A DNA stretch of 64,000 nucleotides from a virus (taxonomy: Duplodnaviria; Caudoviricetes), in the IMG/VR virus record IMGVR_UViG_3300015360_000023, positions 128,001 through 192,000 of that record. One strand, written 5' to 3'. Numbering within the stretch: the first letter of the stretch is position 1; each line of letters starts with the position of its first letter. The notes beneath the pieces were generated by a model. It did no database searches. It was not told the DNA's origin and was given only the letters and a program-made list of their open reading frames with translations. The translations under genes were made by a program, and so were the position numbers. Below, in pieces: positions 1 to 9,889 of the stretch.

Positions 1-99
1 GATGTACCATTTAAGAAGTATATCAATTATGGTGATGTAGCTAAAGCTATTCAGGAAGTTCGCAACATTACAAATATAAAATCTGGTTTAAAAAAGTAA
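1..99 (+). CDS. 3' end of a CDS truncated by the window edge
   Basis: Frame 1 is open from base 1 to TAA at 97-99 (DVPFKKYINYGDVAKAIQEVRNITNIKSGLKK*). Confidence 0.55.
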   Translation, partial: DVPFKKYINYGDVAKAIQEVRNITNIKSGLKK

Positions 100-117
100 T
101 TCTCTTAGGTAAGTTAA

Positions 118-918
118 ATGAGAACAAGCACCTCGAACGCATTCAGCAATAACACACTAGTCAAACTTAAAAATCAAGATTGGCTAGATAAACAGAGAAT
201 TGCGGGAAAGATTGCTGCAAGAGCCTTAAACACCCTTCAAAGGGCTGTTGAAGGAAAAACGTTTCATTCGACGAACACATTAAGTCAGGTTGCCGAGAAA
301 CTGATTCTAGAGGCCGGTGGGACTCCTACCTTTAAAGGTTACAAGGGATTTCCAGCGGCCGTTTGTATTTCTGTCAACAAACAACTAGTTCACGGCATAC
401 CTGACGATACTGTGTTGGATGAGGGTGATGTTATTAGTTTCGATCTTGGTGTAACCTATGAAGGTGCCATTGCTGATACTGCCATTACCTGCATCTTTGG
501 AACTCCTAAGTCTGATAAGCATGTTGAGCTTGTTAAGGCTACGGAACAATCCCTATTAAAAGGCATCGAAGCTATTGCGGTCGGCAAGAGACTTGGATGT
601 ATTGGAAACGCTATTTACAAATACGCCAGGGCCTCGGGCTTCGGCTGTATTACCAATTACGGCGGACATGGTCTCGATTGGGATACCCCTCATGCACCAC
701 CTTTCGTCTCTAACAGAGCAGAGCTTGACGAAGGCATTAGAATTCAGCCGGGTTTAGCAATTGCTATTGAACCAATGCTTGTCATTGGTGGTACTACTAC
801 CCGCGTATTAAACGATGGTTGGACCGTAGTGACCGATGATATCGGCGCCCACTTTGAACACTCTATTTTCGTACACGAAGATCATGTTGAGATCATTACT
901 GACAGGAGTAACGCCTGA
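118..918 (+). CDS. map: Methionine aminopeptidase type I
   Basis: Metal-ligand motifs FDLG, ADTA, GHG, IEPM, HFEHS; VCISVN..VHGIP. Confidence 0.95.
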   Translation: MRTSTSNAFSNNTLVKLKNQDWLDKQRIAGKIAARALNTLQRAVEGKTFHSTNTLSQVAEKLILEAGGTPTFKGYKGFPAAVCISVNKQLVHGIPDDTVLDEGDVISFDLGVTYEGAIADTAITCIFGTPKSDKHVELVKATEQSLLKGIEAIAVGKRLGCIGNAIYKYARASGFGCITNYGGHGLDWDTPHAPPFVSNRAELDEGIRIQPGLAIAIEPMLVIGGTTTRVLNDGWTVVTDDIGAHFEHSIFVHEDHVEIITDRSNA

Positions 919-968
919 TGTTTATTTCTCTTGTTGAAACTGAAAATAGCTAGTTTAAAGGTGTTCAA

Positions 969-1142
969 GTGAAGATAGAATTTGAAGATAAAAGTTACAT
1001 TGAGGTCACGAAGTCCGACAACCCAGGAAAGGTTATCGTTGTTATTTCTGCCAAAGACCATGAGAATCCTTTGAAGAGAATTGTTAATGCGGTTGAAGTA
1101 ACCGTGGAACAGTTTAAGAAGCTGGTGTCCGAAGTATCATGA
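969..1142 (+). CDS. 57-aa hypothetical protein (not in the ORF track)
   Basis: GTG start after AAGGTG; open for 57 codons; its TGA overlaps the next ATG (TCATGA). Confidence 0.7.
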   Translation: MKIEFEDKSYIEVTKSDNPGKVIVVISAKDHENPLKRIVNAVEVTVEQFKKLVSEVS

Positions 1143-1444
1143 AGCATTCTCAGCGTATTCAGAATATGCTTGCGCCCTTTAGCTACGATGACATTAGTAA
1201 ATTTTTACGCATATTTGAAATTTTTTATCAGGTAGAACCATACGGATATATCCCAACAAACTCTCACATGGGCTTCCGTCATAATGGGAAAAGCTACGAA
1301 TATAGAGATGAAGATACTTTTCATTTTTATACCCCAAAAGCTAGTCCATATGGTCCTTATTGCATAATAATAACCTTTAAAAATAATGAAGATCAAGTTG
1401 TTAATAAATTTGAGAGATTCATTAAAATGAAAGCATTCCTATGA
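1139..1444 (+). CDS. Hypothetical protein, outlying member of the F[SL]-stop C-terminal family
   Basis: Ends ...FERFIKMKAFL*; ATGA overlaps on both sides. Confidence 0.7.
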   Translation: MKHSQRIQNMLAPFSYDDISKFLRIFEIFYQVEPYGYIPTNSHMGFRHNGKSYEYRDEDTFHFYTPKASPYGPYCIIITFKNNEDQVVNKFERFIKMKAFL

Positions 1445-1986
1445 AAGTATATTTCGTTGGCTCCCATTCAACTGGCAAGACTACCTGCGCCCGATACGTA
1501 TCTGAAAAATACAAACTACCTATGATCACGGAAGTGGCCCGTGCAGTTCTTTCTGAAAAAGAACTGCATCTAGATACACTTCGATATGATATGGGGCTTG
1601 TAGATGCTTATCAAGGAGCTATCTTTCATAGACAGCTTGAAGAAGAATCAAAACATGATAAGTATGTCTCAGATAGAAGTTTTGACTGTCTAGCTTATGC
1701 GGCCCAACATTCCAGGATTCTTCATGGTCTATTACAGACGCCTGAGCTGGCTGATTATTTACCCCAGCTAAGGGCCCCAGATTCATTTATATTCTTCGTT
1801 CGCCCGTCCAAGGCCACCCTGAAGGCTGACGGTGTTCGCGAGTCTATAAATTGGGATGGCGTGGTTGCCATCGATTCCATGGTCAAGTTCATGTTAGAAA
1901 TGTGGGAGCTTCGCTATTTTCAGATAAATGTTGAGAATATGCAAGAGCGCGTCAAAATGATTGACGCAGTTTTGTCTCTAGCTTAG
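1441..1986 (+). CDS. P-loop NTPase, AAA_28 / deoxynucleoside monophosphate kinase-like
   Basis: N-terminal Walker A GSHSTGKTT, ITEVAR, SDRS. Confidence 0.75.
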   Translation: MKVYFVGSHSTGKTTCARYVSEKYKLPMITEVARAVLSEKELHLDTLRYDMGLVDAYQGAIFHRQLEEESKHDKYVSDRSFDCLAYAAQHSRILHGLLQTPELADYLPQLRAPDSFIFFVRPSKATLKADGVRESINWDGVVAIDSMVKFMLEMWELRYFQINVENMQERVKMIDAVLSLA

Positions 1987-2051
1987 GTAACTATAGGTGA
2001 ATAGTCAGCTCTAATTCTCAGATGTAATTGGATTCATAAAAACCTATAATT

Positions 2052-2069
2052 ATACTAAAAATTTGGTAT
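2052..2069 (+). promoter_or_regulatory. Candidate phage late-promoter motif (ATA)CTAA-N7-GTAT
   Basis: ATACTAAAAATTTGGTAT 30 bp upstream of a fibre gene; similar motifs precede other virion genes. Confidence 0.4.
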
Positions 2070-2099
2070 TCCTTTGAGCTTTCAGTTCAATGAGGATAC

Positions 2100-4559
2100 A
2101 TGGCATCTATTTTAACACCTGGATATTTACGATGGGATGGGACGAAATACGTCCTTGACGGCTATGTAGAAATTGTTGGCCCAGAAGGCGATGCGGGTCC
2201 TACAGGCCCAACAGGGCTTCAAGGCGTTCCCGGAAGCGGCACTGGAGCCTCAGCTACTGGAGATATCTCTGGAATCTATCCGGGTGCGATGTCTGTTGTT
2301 GGTCTAACTGGTGTTTCTGGTGTTGTTTCTTTCGGAACTGGCGTTACTAATCCAACTATTACTCAAACAACTACGGCCGGAGTTTCTGGTCAACCTATGA
2401 CCCTTAAAGGTCAAAATGCTGTAACTACTGGTGGAGATGTTTTTATTCAAAGCGGCACTGGCACTACTGCCGGCGTTGTTAGATTTTTGATTGGTAATAC
2501 TTTAGCTGGTTATTTTGATAGCAATAAAGTATTTAGAGCTGGACTTAGTGCAGATACTAATATTTCTGTTTTAGGCGGCACGCTAAATGAGCCAGGTAAT
2601 GGTTTATATTCTTATAATGCTTCAGGATTCAATACTGTTATTAGCGCCTCTGGCGCTGTCGCTGCCGAAGCCCAAGTTTTAGTCCTAAATAGTTCTGCCG
2701 GCGCTTCTCTAACAACAGGTCTTAGATTAATTGGTGCGGGCGCTACTAACGGTAATACTGATTGGGTTAGTAATGGAGTAATTGAACAAGTTGGTGGTGC
2801 AACTTCTGCACTTGTTCTTTCTAGTTTATTAGGAAATGGAACTAGTCGTTCAACATCTGCTAAATTTTATCGTTCTGGAGCTGTAGGTATTGGTAGTTCT
2901 GCGACTAACAATACATCTGCCTTAGCTCAGGCCGGATTAACGGGCCCAGTTATCAATCTTGCGGCTGCTACAGGTACATTTACCAGCGCAGCCAATCAAG
3001 CTCTTAACTTCAATATCGCGGGCGCTCACCATATTCAAGGTCATACCGATGTTAGATTTGATATAGGCGCCGCCTTAGCCGGATACTTTGATGTTAATAG
3101 GGCCTTTAGAACTGGCGTAAGTTCCGCCACAAGTACAACTATTTTGAACGTAAGCGTTCCAACTGCAAGCGATACAGCTTATTCATATAATGCTTCCGGC
3201 GACAGTCAATGGAGAATGCTTTCAGGTTCCACCTCTGGAGTTGGTTCTGTTGAAGCCTGGAATTCTAGTGCAGGCGGCGGCACAAGCGTAGGTATGACTT
3301 TCAAAGCTGCTGGCGCTTCTCACAGCGTTGCTGATTGGCAGAGCAACGGAATTATTGAGCAGATTGGCTCAGCTACTTCCTCGTTGGTATTTTCTAAACA
3401 AGATGGTGCTGGCCTTAATCGTGCAACAACTGGAAGAATATTTGCATCAGGCGCATGGGGCATTGGAAGCACGGCCACTAACAACACCTCAACTACGGCT
3501 CAGGCCGGATTAACAGGACCAGTTCTTAATATTGGTGCCGCAACAGGTTCATTTACCACCGCAGCTAACCAAGCTCTTAATTTCAATATTGCTGGTTCTC
3601 ACCATATTCAAGGTCATACCGATGTTAGATTCGACGTTGGTTCTGCTTTAGCAGGATATTTTGATTCAAATAGAACTCTTAGAATTGGGCCAGATGCTTC
3701 CATAGCAGCTAGCGTTTATGGTGCAACTGCACCTACCGCTAATAATGATACCATTTATTCTTATAGCGCTAGTACCTCTAATCCGAACTCATTAAGAATT
3801 ATTTCCAATGCTACTACTAGCAGAGCCATTATTGAAGCAATTAATACTTCTGCTGGCGCTTCTTCAACTATTGCAATTAGAATTCAAGCTGGAGGTTCTT
3901 CCGATGGTATTACCTCATATGCTGGCAATGGAGCCATCGAGCAAGTTGGCTCTGCCATTTCATCTCTTGTATTTGGTAGGGCGGCAGGAGATTTAAGTAG
4001 CAGATCAATTACTGGAAGAATTTATCAATCGGGAGCCTGGGGTATTGGTGATGCTGCTAATAATAATACTTCTGCTCTCGCTCAAGCAGGACTTACTGGC
4101 ACATTATTGAATCTATCGCAGACTACTGGCGGCGCCATCACAACAGCGACCAATCAAGCTACCATGTTTAACGTAGCTGGCCAGCTTACATTACAAGGTA
4201 ATACCGGGGTAACATTATTAAGTGGAACAACCAATATAGCATCTACTACAACAACAAAACTTGTTACTACTGGTAGAAGATTAAAAGTAACTACTACAAC
4301 TATTGCATATCAAGTTCTTGTTACAGATCATATTGTTTCCGTAGGTACAACTGCTGGAGCGATTAACATAACCCTTCCATTGTCGCCCACAACCGGAGAC
4401 ACTTATACCGTTAAGGATGCAAACGGTTCAGCTACCGCTAATAACATTACGATATTAGGTAATGGTAACAATATTGATGCAACCACAAACTCTGTAATTA
4501 GCACAAACTACGGTACAGTTACTGTAGTTTATAATGGTTCTAAGTGGATTACAGTTTAA
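2100..4559 (+). CDS. Tail fibre / virion fibre-like protein
   Basis: G/T/A/S-rich; short collagen-like GxT stretch; three internal repeats (GAxGIG..NNTS..AQAGLTG); C-terminal LPxSPTTGDTYTVKD..IDxxxxxxIxTNYGxVTVVYNGxKW domain shared with the 30389 and 30890 ORFs. Confidence 0.7.
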   Translation: MASILTPGYLRWDGTKYVLDGYVEIVGPEGDAGPTGPTGLQGVPGSGTGASATGDISGIYPGAMSVVGLTGVSGVVSFGTGVTNPTITQTTTAGVSGQPMTLKGQNAVTTGGDVFIQSGTGTTAGVVRFLIGNTLAGYFDSNKVFRAGLSADTNISVLGGTLNEPGNGLYSYNASGFNTVISASGAVAAEAQVLVLNSSAGASLTTGLRLIGAGATNGNTDWVSNGVIEQVGGATSALVLSSLLGNGTSRSTSAKFYRSGAVGIGSSATNNTSALAQAGLTGPVINLAAATGTFTSAANQALNFNIAGAHHIQGHTDVRFDIGAALAGYFDVNRAFRTGVSSATSTTILNVSVPTASDTAYSYNASGDSQWRMLSGSTSGVGSVEAWNSSAGGGTSVGMTFKAAGASHSVADWQSNGIIEQIGSATSSLVFSKQDGAGLNRATTGRIFASGAWGIGSTATNNTSTTAQAGLTGPVLNIGAATGSFTTAANQALNFNIAGSHHIQGHTDVRFDVGSALAGYFDSNRTLRIGPDASIAASVYGATAPTANNDTIYSYSASTSNPNSLRIISNATTSRAIIEAINTSAGASSTIAIRIQAGGSSDGITSYAGNGAIEQVGSAISSLVFGRAAGDLSSRSITGRIYQSGAWGIGDAANNNTSALAQAGLTGTLLNLSQTTGGAITTATNQATMFNVAGQLTLQGNTGVTLLSGTTNIASTTTTKLVTTGRRLKVTTTTIAYQVLVTDHIVSVGTTAGAINITLPLSPTTGDTYTVKDANGSATANNITILGNGNNIDATTNSVISTNYGTVTVVYNGSKWITV

Positions 4560-4640
4560 CACATACTACTTTTGAGATATAAGCACAATTAGGATGGAAT
4601 CATAAGTCATTTAAAATAGTTAGCCCACTGGGGAGGTCCG

Positions 4641-5294
4641 ATGTCATTTCAAGATTTAGTAACAGCAGCAAAAAAGTACTTCCCGGACTTACAAATTAAA
4701 TACAAAGATCAATCTTGGTTAATGAAATTAATCGGTTTTGTACTATTCTTTAATAAATCTTTTATGACCAGTTTTACCACAACTATAGGGTCAACTGTTT
4801 ATTTTCCAACTGAACCAGTAACCAAAGCTAGACCAGTTTCAGCTTCGGTAGTTTTATTACACGAACTAATTCATGTGTATGATGCTAAGAAGATTAGCAA
4901 GCCTCTCTTTGGGTTTTTATACCTAACTCCTCAGGTCTTCGTGCTTCTCTGCCTTCCTTTATTCTTGGTGAGCTGGAAGATTGCTTTACCGTTAATGCTT
5001 CTATTTGCTTCTCCAATTCCATCATATTTTAGAATGTATTTTGAAAAGAGAGCTTATTTAGTTTCATTATACGCTGTTAATGCTTTAGCTAATAGATTGA
5101 ATTTTAAGCCATTATTAGCTACTCAAGAAGAAGGTTTTATCAAACACTTTCAAGATTCTTCTTATTACTTTATGTGGCCATTTGGCGGTATAAGAAAAGA
5201 TTTTGATGATGGAGTTGCTAAAGTAAAAGAGGGGAAACGACCATTTGAAGATCCTGTCTTTGATATTATTGATGATTTGATCATTACAGTATAA
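4641..5294 (+). CDS. Membrane-anchored zincin-like (HExxH) protein
   Basis: LLHELIHVYD, a hydrophobic segment at about aa 90-122, and downstream FEKRAY glutamate. Confidence 0.55.
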   Translation: MSFQDLVTAAKKYFPDLQIKYKDQSWLMKLIGFVLFFNKSFMTSFTTTIGSTVYFPTEPVTKARPVSASVVLLHELIHVYDAKKISKPLFGFLYLTPQVFVLLCLPLFLVSWKIALPLMLLFASPIPSYFRMYFEKRAYLVSLYAVNALANRLNFKPLLATQEEGFIKHFQDSSYYFMWPFGGIRKDFDDGVAKVKEGKRPFEDPVFDIIDDLIITV

Positions 5295-5350
5295 ATTATT
5301 GAGGTTACGCGATATAATACGGAACAGACTCTTTGTTTCAAGGATATTGC

Positions 5351-6562
5351 ATGACTAATTTCGACGTTGGTATTATAGGGGCTGGGGTTGCTGGTGCTTT
5401 TGCTACCTTAAAGATGGCAAAAGATCATAAGAATGTTAAAACAATTCTATTTGATTTAGGCCGCCCCCCTATGAAGCGCAGGAGACAGCTTGAGGGCTGG
5501 CTAGGCTGCTTGCCAAATAGTGATGGAAAACTTTATCTAAGTGACTTAGATAAAATCACTGATTTAGTTGGTCTTAGAAAAAGTAAGGCATCTAATAATT
5601 GGTTCAAAAAAGTACTATCTAATGTAGGTGACTTTAAAGTTACTAAAGACCGTTCTCCTAACGTTGCAGTTGAGAAGCGACTTAAAAAGATTGGTTATGA
5701 TCTTTCATTGAATGATTATATTCAAATCTATCCTAAGGACATCCATGCCCTTTCTAAGCACATGTCTGAATTCATTGAAGATTATAAGAACATCACTTAT
5801 AGTTTTGACAATGAAGTTCGTGGCGTAACTATTCAGAAAAATATGTTTCTTGTTGAAACTGAAACACAAGTTTACAAGTGCAAGAAGCTAATCATTGCTG
5901 TTGGTCGTAGCGGCTGGCGCTGGGCTAGAGATCTATACAACAAGCTTGGCATTGTTGATAACAATGATATCGCTAAGTTTGGTATTAGAATTGAATTGAA
6001 TGCTCCTTTAATGAAAGAATTTAATCGTTCTAATTGTTCTATGACTAAGGGCACGGATATTGAAATTGGCCCATTTTCCTGGTTTGGCACAGTCATTCCA
6101 GAGGACCACGTTGACTTAGCTATCTCCGCTTTCCGTTCCAATGAGAATAGATGGAAGAGTGATAAAGTATCTTTTACTCTTATCGGTAACAGACCTTTTC
6201 CTAATGCTGGAGTTGAGCAAACAGATAGGTTAGGTAATCTAACTTTTGTTTTAGCTAATGATAGAATCATTAAAGAAAGAGTTGCTCATATTTTAACTGG
6301 TAAGAGCAAGATATCTATTATTCCAGAATACGATTGGTTGAAAGATACTATAAATGAATTGGCGCAAGCTATTCCAGAGGTAGCAACCAAAGCTTATTAT
6401 CATGTACCCACCATTACACCTACTGCTCCAAAAATCAATATTGGATCTAATTTAGAGACGGAAATTCCGGGTATGTTTGTAGTCGGTGAAAGTGCTGGAG
6501 TTCATGGTATCCTCAGTGCTGCCTGCATGGGAATAATAGCGGCAGATAATGTTTGTAAATAA
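5351..6562 (+). CDS. FAD-dependent oxidoreductase (uncharacterised NAD(FAD)-dependent dehydrogenase-like)
   Basis: DVGIIGAGVAG Rossmann motif, SDGKL, IIAVGRSG, C-terminal ETEIPGMFVVGESAGVHGILSA. Start placed at ATG 5351. Confidence 0.8.
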   Translation: MTNFDVGIIGAGVAGAFATLKMAKDHKNVKTILFDLGRPPMKRRRQLEGWLGCLPNSDGKLYLSDLDKITDLVGLRKSKASNNWFKKVLSNVGDFKVTKDRSPNVAVEKRLKKIGYDLSLNDYIQIYPKDIHALSKHMSEFIEDYKNITYSFDNEVRGVTIQKNMFLVETETQVYKCKKLIIAVGRSGWRWARDLYNKLGIVDNNDIAKFGIRIELNAPLMKEFNRSNCSMTKGTDIEIGPFSWFGTVIPEDHVDLAISAFRSNENRWKSDKVSFTLIGNRPFPNAGVEQTDRLGNLTFVLANDRIIKERVAHILTGKSKISIIPEYDWLKDTINELAQAIPEVATKAYYHVPTITPTAPKINIGSNLETEIPGMFVVGESAGVHGILSAACMGIIAADNVCK

Positions 6563-6573
6563 GAGAGAATTAA

Positions 6574-6927
6574 ATGGCAGATCCAAAAACAACTGAACCC
6601 AGTATCACTCCTGTGACTGAAGAGTTTAAAGACCAAAATCAAAAGTATAATCTAAGTAAATTCGAATTCGATTTATATCATGAAGAAGATGATAAGGTTG
6701 AAAAAGTTATTAGAGTTAAAAGAGTTTCCATGCCCAATAAGGGAGAGAAGTGGAAAATCTTTGAAGATAGTAAAGTGATGTTCGTTTTAGAAGGAACAAA
6801 GCTAACTAATAAAGAAAAAGAATTTCTTCATACGGTTGACGGGATAAATTTTCTGATTAATCAATACAAGCAAGGAATTAAGTCATTTAATTCACTCAGA
6901 GCTGAACTCAAGAAAAAGTTAAAATAA
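6574..6927 (+). CDS. Hypothetical protein
   Basis: 117-aa ORF in operon context with GAGAG upstream. Confidence 0.75.
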   Translation: MADPKTTEPSITPVTEEFKDQNQKYNLSKFEFDLYHEEDDKVEKVIRVKRVSMPNKGEKWKIFEDSKVMFVLEGTKLTNKEKEFLHTVDGINFLINQYKQGIKSFNSLRAELKKKLK

Positions 6928-6933
6928 CTACTC

Positions 6934-6961
6934 TTGACACTCTTGTACTGATGCTTATGTT
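6934..6961 (+). promoter_or_regulatory. sigma70-like promoter
   Basis: TTGACA (6934-6939), 16-bp spacer, TATGTT (6956-6961), upstream of the exonuclease gene. Confidence 0.5.
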
Positions 6962-6978
6962 ATACACTTGAGGTGTCC

Positions 6979-7575
6979 ATGGATTACGTAATTTATGTAG
7001 TAGACGTTGAAACCACCGGCTTAGATGATCGTCTTAACGATATCATCGAGTTATCGATTCATCGTCTAACTGATGATGTTCAAAAAACTTGGTGTCTGAA
7101 GCCCTTCAACCCTGACGCTATTGACCCGGATTCTCTTAGAATCAACGGGCATAAGCGCGAAGATCTTCTGCATCAAACCAAAGAAGGTCGAGAACGATAT
7201 CTAGATCCGAACAGAGTTATCATTGATGCTGAGAATTGGATCATGGAAGATGGCGTTCCCAACACCCAAAGAATTCTGGCCGGACAGAACGTATCCTTCG
7301 ATAAGGGGTTTCTTGAGCAGCACTGGATTAAAGGTAAAGTAAAGGATTCATTTCCTTTTGGTAGAAGAACCCTCGACACCATGCAAATTGAATTCTTTAT
7401 GGATCTTTGCCGTGGTAAAATGTCAGAAGGTTATAGTCTCAAACTCTTGACCAAGAAGTACGGCCTTAAGAATGAAGCGGCCCACACCGCAGCGGCTGAC
7501 GTTAAGGTTACTAAAGATGTATTACTGAAGCAAATTGAAGTGTTCAAGAAGGCTTTAGCTACTTCTGGTGAATGA
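6979..7575 (+). CDS. DEDDh 3'-5' exonuclease (DnaQ / RNase T-like)
   Basis: VVDVETTG, AGQNVSFD, LDT, AHTAAADV. ATG 6979 is preceded by GAGG. Confidence 0.9.
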   Translation: MDYVIYVVDVETTGLDDRLNDIIELSIHRLTDDVQKTWCLKPFNPDAIDPDSLRINGHKREDLLHQTKEGRERYLDPNRVIIDAENWIMEDGVPNTQRILAGQNVSFDKGFLEQHWIKGKVKDSFPFGRRTLDTMQIEFFMDLCRGKMSEGYSLKLLTKKYGLKNEAAHTAAADVKVTKDVLLKQIEVFKKALATSGE

Positions 7576-7578
7576 TGA

Positions 7579-8562
7579 ATGCTTAAAATTTTGTATGCGG
7601 CTTCTGAGAATGAGAATGCCAAAATTCAATTGACCAGATTTCTTCAAGCGATGGAAGGGAAGCCCTTTATCGTTAAGGTAGCCGCCTACAAAAAATCTAG
7701 CCCGGCAATTAATATTGATTGGACCCTTGATTGTCTCAAGAATATTTTTAAGCCAGAGTATGTGACATTAGATAATGACAATTTTGTAACCTATTATAAT
7801 CAGGTTAAGTATTATAATCCAGATTTGATTATTAGTGATTGTGAGTATTATACATCTCATATTGCAAGCGTTTTAGGAACCACCCTTTGGCAGTGTAGTT
7901 CTTCTATTATCAATTTTGCTCTTACTAATGACTACAAGTATAACTTAGGTATCTTTAAAAGATATGCGTATCTTTTTAACAAAAATCAAGTCCATATCCA
8001 GAGACTCACTAATATCCTGGACAATTCAAATTGCAATTTTCTATATTCTCATTTCGGAGATTGTTCATTGCCTCCTTCGATAAAAGAAGGGTTTGAATGG
8101 ATTCGCCCTTACCATCGAGTGGGTAAAGATTCGGTCTTGTGTCGCCACAATGTAATGGCTGGGACGCTTGGGAATAACAAAAAAATTCTAAGCCTATTAA
8201 AACAATATCCAGATTCAGTCTGTTTCACGGAATTCATGGGCGAGACCTATGAAAATCCTCGAATGAAGGATATAAGAGCGCAGGAAGAGTTCTCTTGTAA
8301 CCTCAGAAATTCTAATCTATTTGTGTGTGAAGGTCAGGCCAGTTTTCTAGCAGACGCTTTCTACAATAATAAGTACTCCGCAGTCTTTACCAATCTAGAA
8401 GATACCGAGTGTATTATCAATAGCATCATCTCTGAGAGATTAAAATTAAGTACTTCTATCTATCAAGCTACTGAAGATTTGTTCCCATTAATGGGTAAAA
8501 ACATTTTTTCTCATTTGAATGAGAAGGTTAAGTATTTGCATGAAAGAATTGAGGAATTGTGA
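7579..8562 (+). CDS. Glycosyltransferase-like protein (GT-B, MJ1255-like), possibly degenerate
   Basis: MLKILYAA N-terminus, NPDLIISDCE, LFVCEGQASFLADA. Confidence 0.5.
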   Translation: MLKILYAASENENAKIQLTRFLQAMEGKPFIVKVAAYKKSSPAINIDWTLDCLKNIFKPEYVTLDNDNFVTYYNQVKYYNPDLIISDCEYYTSHIASVLGTTLWQCSSSIINFALTNDYKYNLGIFKRYAYLFNKNQVHIQRLTNILDNSNCNFLYSHFGDCSLPPSIKEGFEWIRPYHRVGKDSVLCRHNVMAGTLGNNKKILSLLKQYPDSVCFTEFMGETYENPRMKDIRAQEEFSCNLRNSNLFVCEGQASFLADAFYNNKYSAVFTNLEDTECIINSIISERLKLSTSIYQATEDLFPLMGKNIFSHLNEKVKYLHERIEEL

Positions 8563-9179
8563 AGTATATTGCATTAGATATTGGTAACGTTTTATGTTAT
8601 GCTAACATGACAAATTTCGTTAGAGATTTATCGGATACTTTCAACGTCTCTATTGGAGATGCCTCTCGCTACCTTAGGGGATTCCAACAGATTCATGATC
8701 TTGGATTAACCACAATGGAGCGTGAGCTACGAAGTCGCTTTAACTGTCATTCTGAAGTAACTATAGAAAGACTATGTAAGCTCTGGAATGATGCAGTACA
8801 TCCGTGTGTATCTATGTTAAGTATGCTAGATGAATTAAATGCACAACATGATGTGCAGATAGCTTTACTATCTAACATTGGCGTAGAACACGCGGCCATG
8901 ATGGATAGTAAACTTCATCCTATATATGATTACGCTATCCCACATTTCAGTTGTTTCGTGGGTGCTCGAAAGCCTACCATGTTATATTATCAGAGTTTTC
9001 TCATGCAATATCCAGAGTTCAAGGGATGTCTATATGTAGACGATCTTCAAGAAAACCTGGATGCTTCAAAACAATTTGGTTTTGATCCGTATCTATTTTC
9101 TCTAGAAGACGCCGATGTAGATGATAAGATTAGAGAAATCAGGGAGATTGTCTTAGATTCAGATGAATCTGAGGATTAA
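8559..9179 (+). CDS. HAD-superfamily hydrolase
   Basis: LDIGNVL (motif I), LSN (II), RKP (III), YVDD (IV). Confidence 0.85.
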   Translation: MKYIALDIGNVLCYANMTNFVRDLSDTFNVSIGDASRYLRGFQQIHDLGLTTMERELRSRFNCHSEVTIERLCKLWNDAVHPCVSMLSMLDELNAQHDVQIALLSNIGVEHAAMMDSKLHPIYDYAIPHFSCFVGARKPTMLYYQSFLMQYPEFKGCLYVDDLQENLDASKQFGFDPYLFSLEDADVDDKIREIREIVLDSDESED

Positions 9180-9221
9180 CTGATATATCTGTTATGTGGA
9201 GTAAGGTATAAAGGATTTAAT

Positions 9222-9710
9222 ATGAGTAATGAAGAGACCAAAAACAGATTTCAGGCACAAGGTAAGACTAAGGTTATCAAGGCAAGTATTCTAGCCCCAG
9301 AAAACGCAGGTTTGCGTTTCGTCCTTTCTATTACCAATCTAGCTGGAAAGCCAGATAATAACCCACTTTACCCTCTTTTCGAGAAGAAGTGGAAGAAGGT
9401 TCGTGAAGAGGCTCGCGGCTGGTATGCCACCAAGACTGGCGCATATAAGGTCGGCGCTATTCATACTACGGCCGTTCAAAGTGATACTTGGGTTCTTCAT
9501 ATGCTTTGCCAAGACGAGAACCTGGTAACTGATGTTGCTGGTCTTGAGAAATGTCTAAAGGAAGTTGCTAAGTCTGCTAAGTATGAACGTGCTACTGTGC
9601 ATGTTTCTAGTTTATTAACCAATGCTTTACCTGAACTTACTGGTTTATTGAAGACTCAGTTAGTTGATCAAGGCGTCAGCGTTTATTTCTACGATGAGCC
9701 ACAGGCCTAA
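9222..9710 (+). CDS. Degenerate macro-domain-like protein (Poa1/DarG-like fold)
   Basis: Pattern KxIKxSI...KKW..VRE..R.W......LG.I....V..DTWVLHMLCQ...LEKCLKEVA..A.....TVH...L...GVSVYFYD; the usual Gly-rich loops are absent. Confidence 0.5.
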   Translation: MSNEETKNRFQAQGKTKVIKASILAPENAGLRFVLSITNLAGKPDNNPLYPLFEKKWKKVREEARGWYATKTGAYKVGAIHTTAVQSDTWVLHMLCQDENLVTDVAGLEKCLKEVAKSAKYERATVHVSSLLTNALPELTGLLKTQLVDQGVSVYFYDEPQA

Positions 9711-9889
9711 TGGGCGAGCTGAAAAGAACCGTAACTATGACTGTTCCAGTAGGTGGTCATATTGCTGATTTAGTTTATTTTGTCAAGAGACTTGTTGCCC
9801 GTCATGGCGAGAAGGTTGTCAATCTAACTGATACAGAATTGGTTGATGCCGCCGATGATTTTTGGGATACTCAACACGGCGAGGACTAA
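9710..9889 (+). CDS. 59-aa hypothetical protein (not in the ORF track)
   Basis: TAATG overlaps at both ends (9708-9712 and 9887-9891). Confidence 0.75.
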   Translation: MGELKRTVTMTVPVGGHIADLVYFVKRLVARHGEKVVNLTDTELVDAADDFWDTQHGED

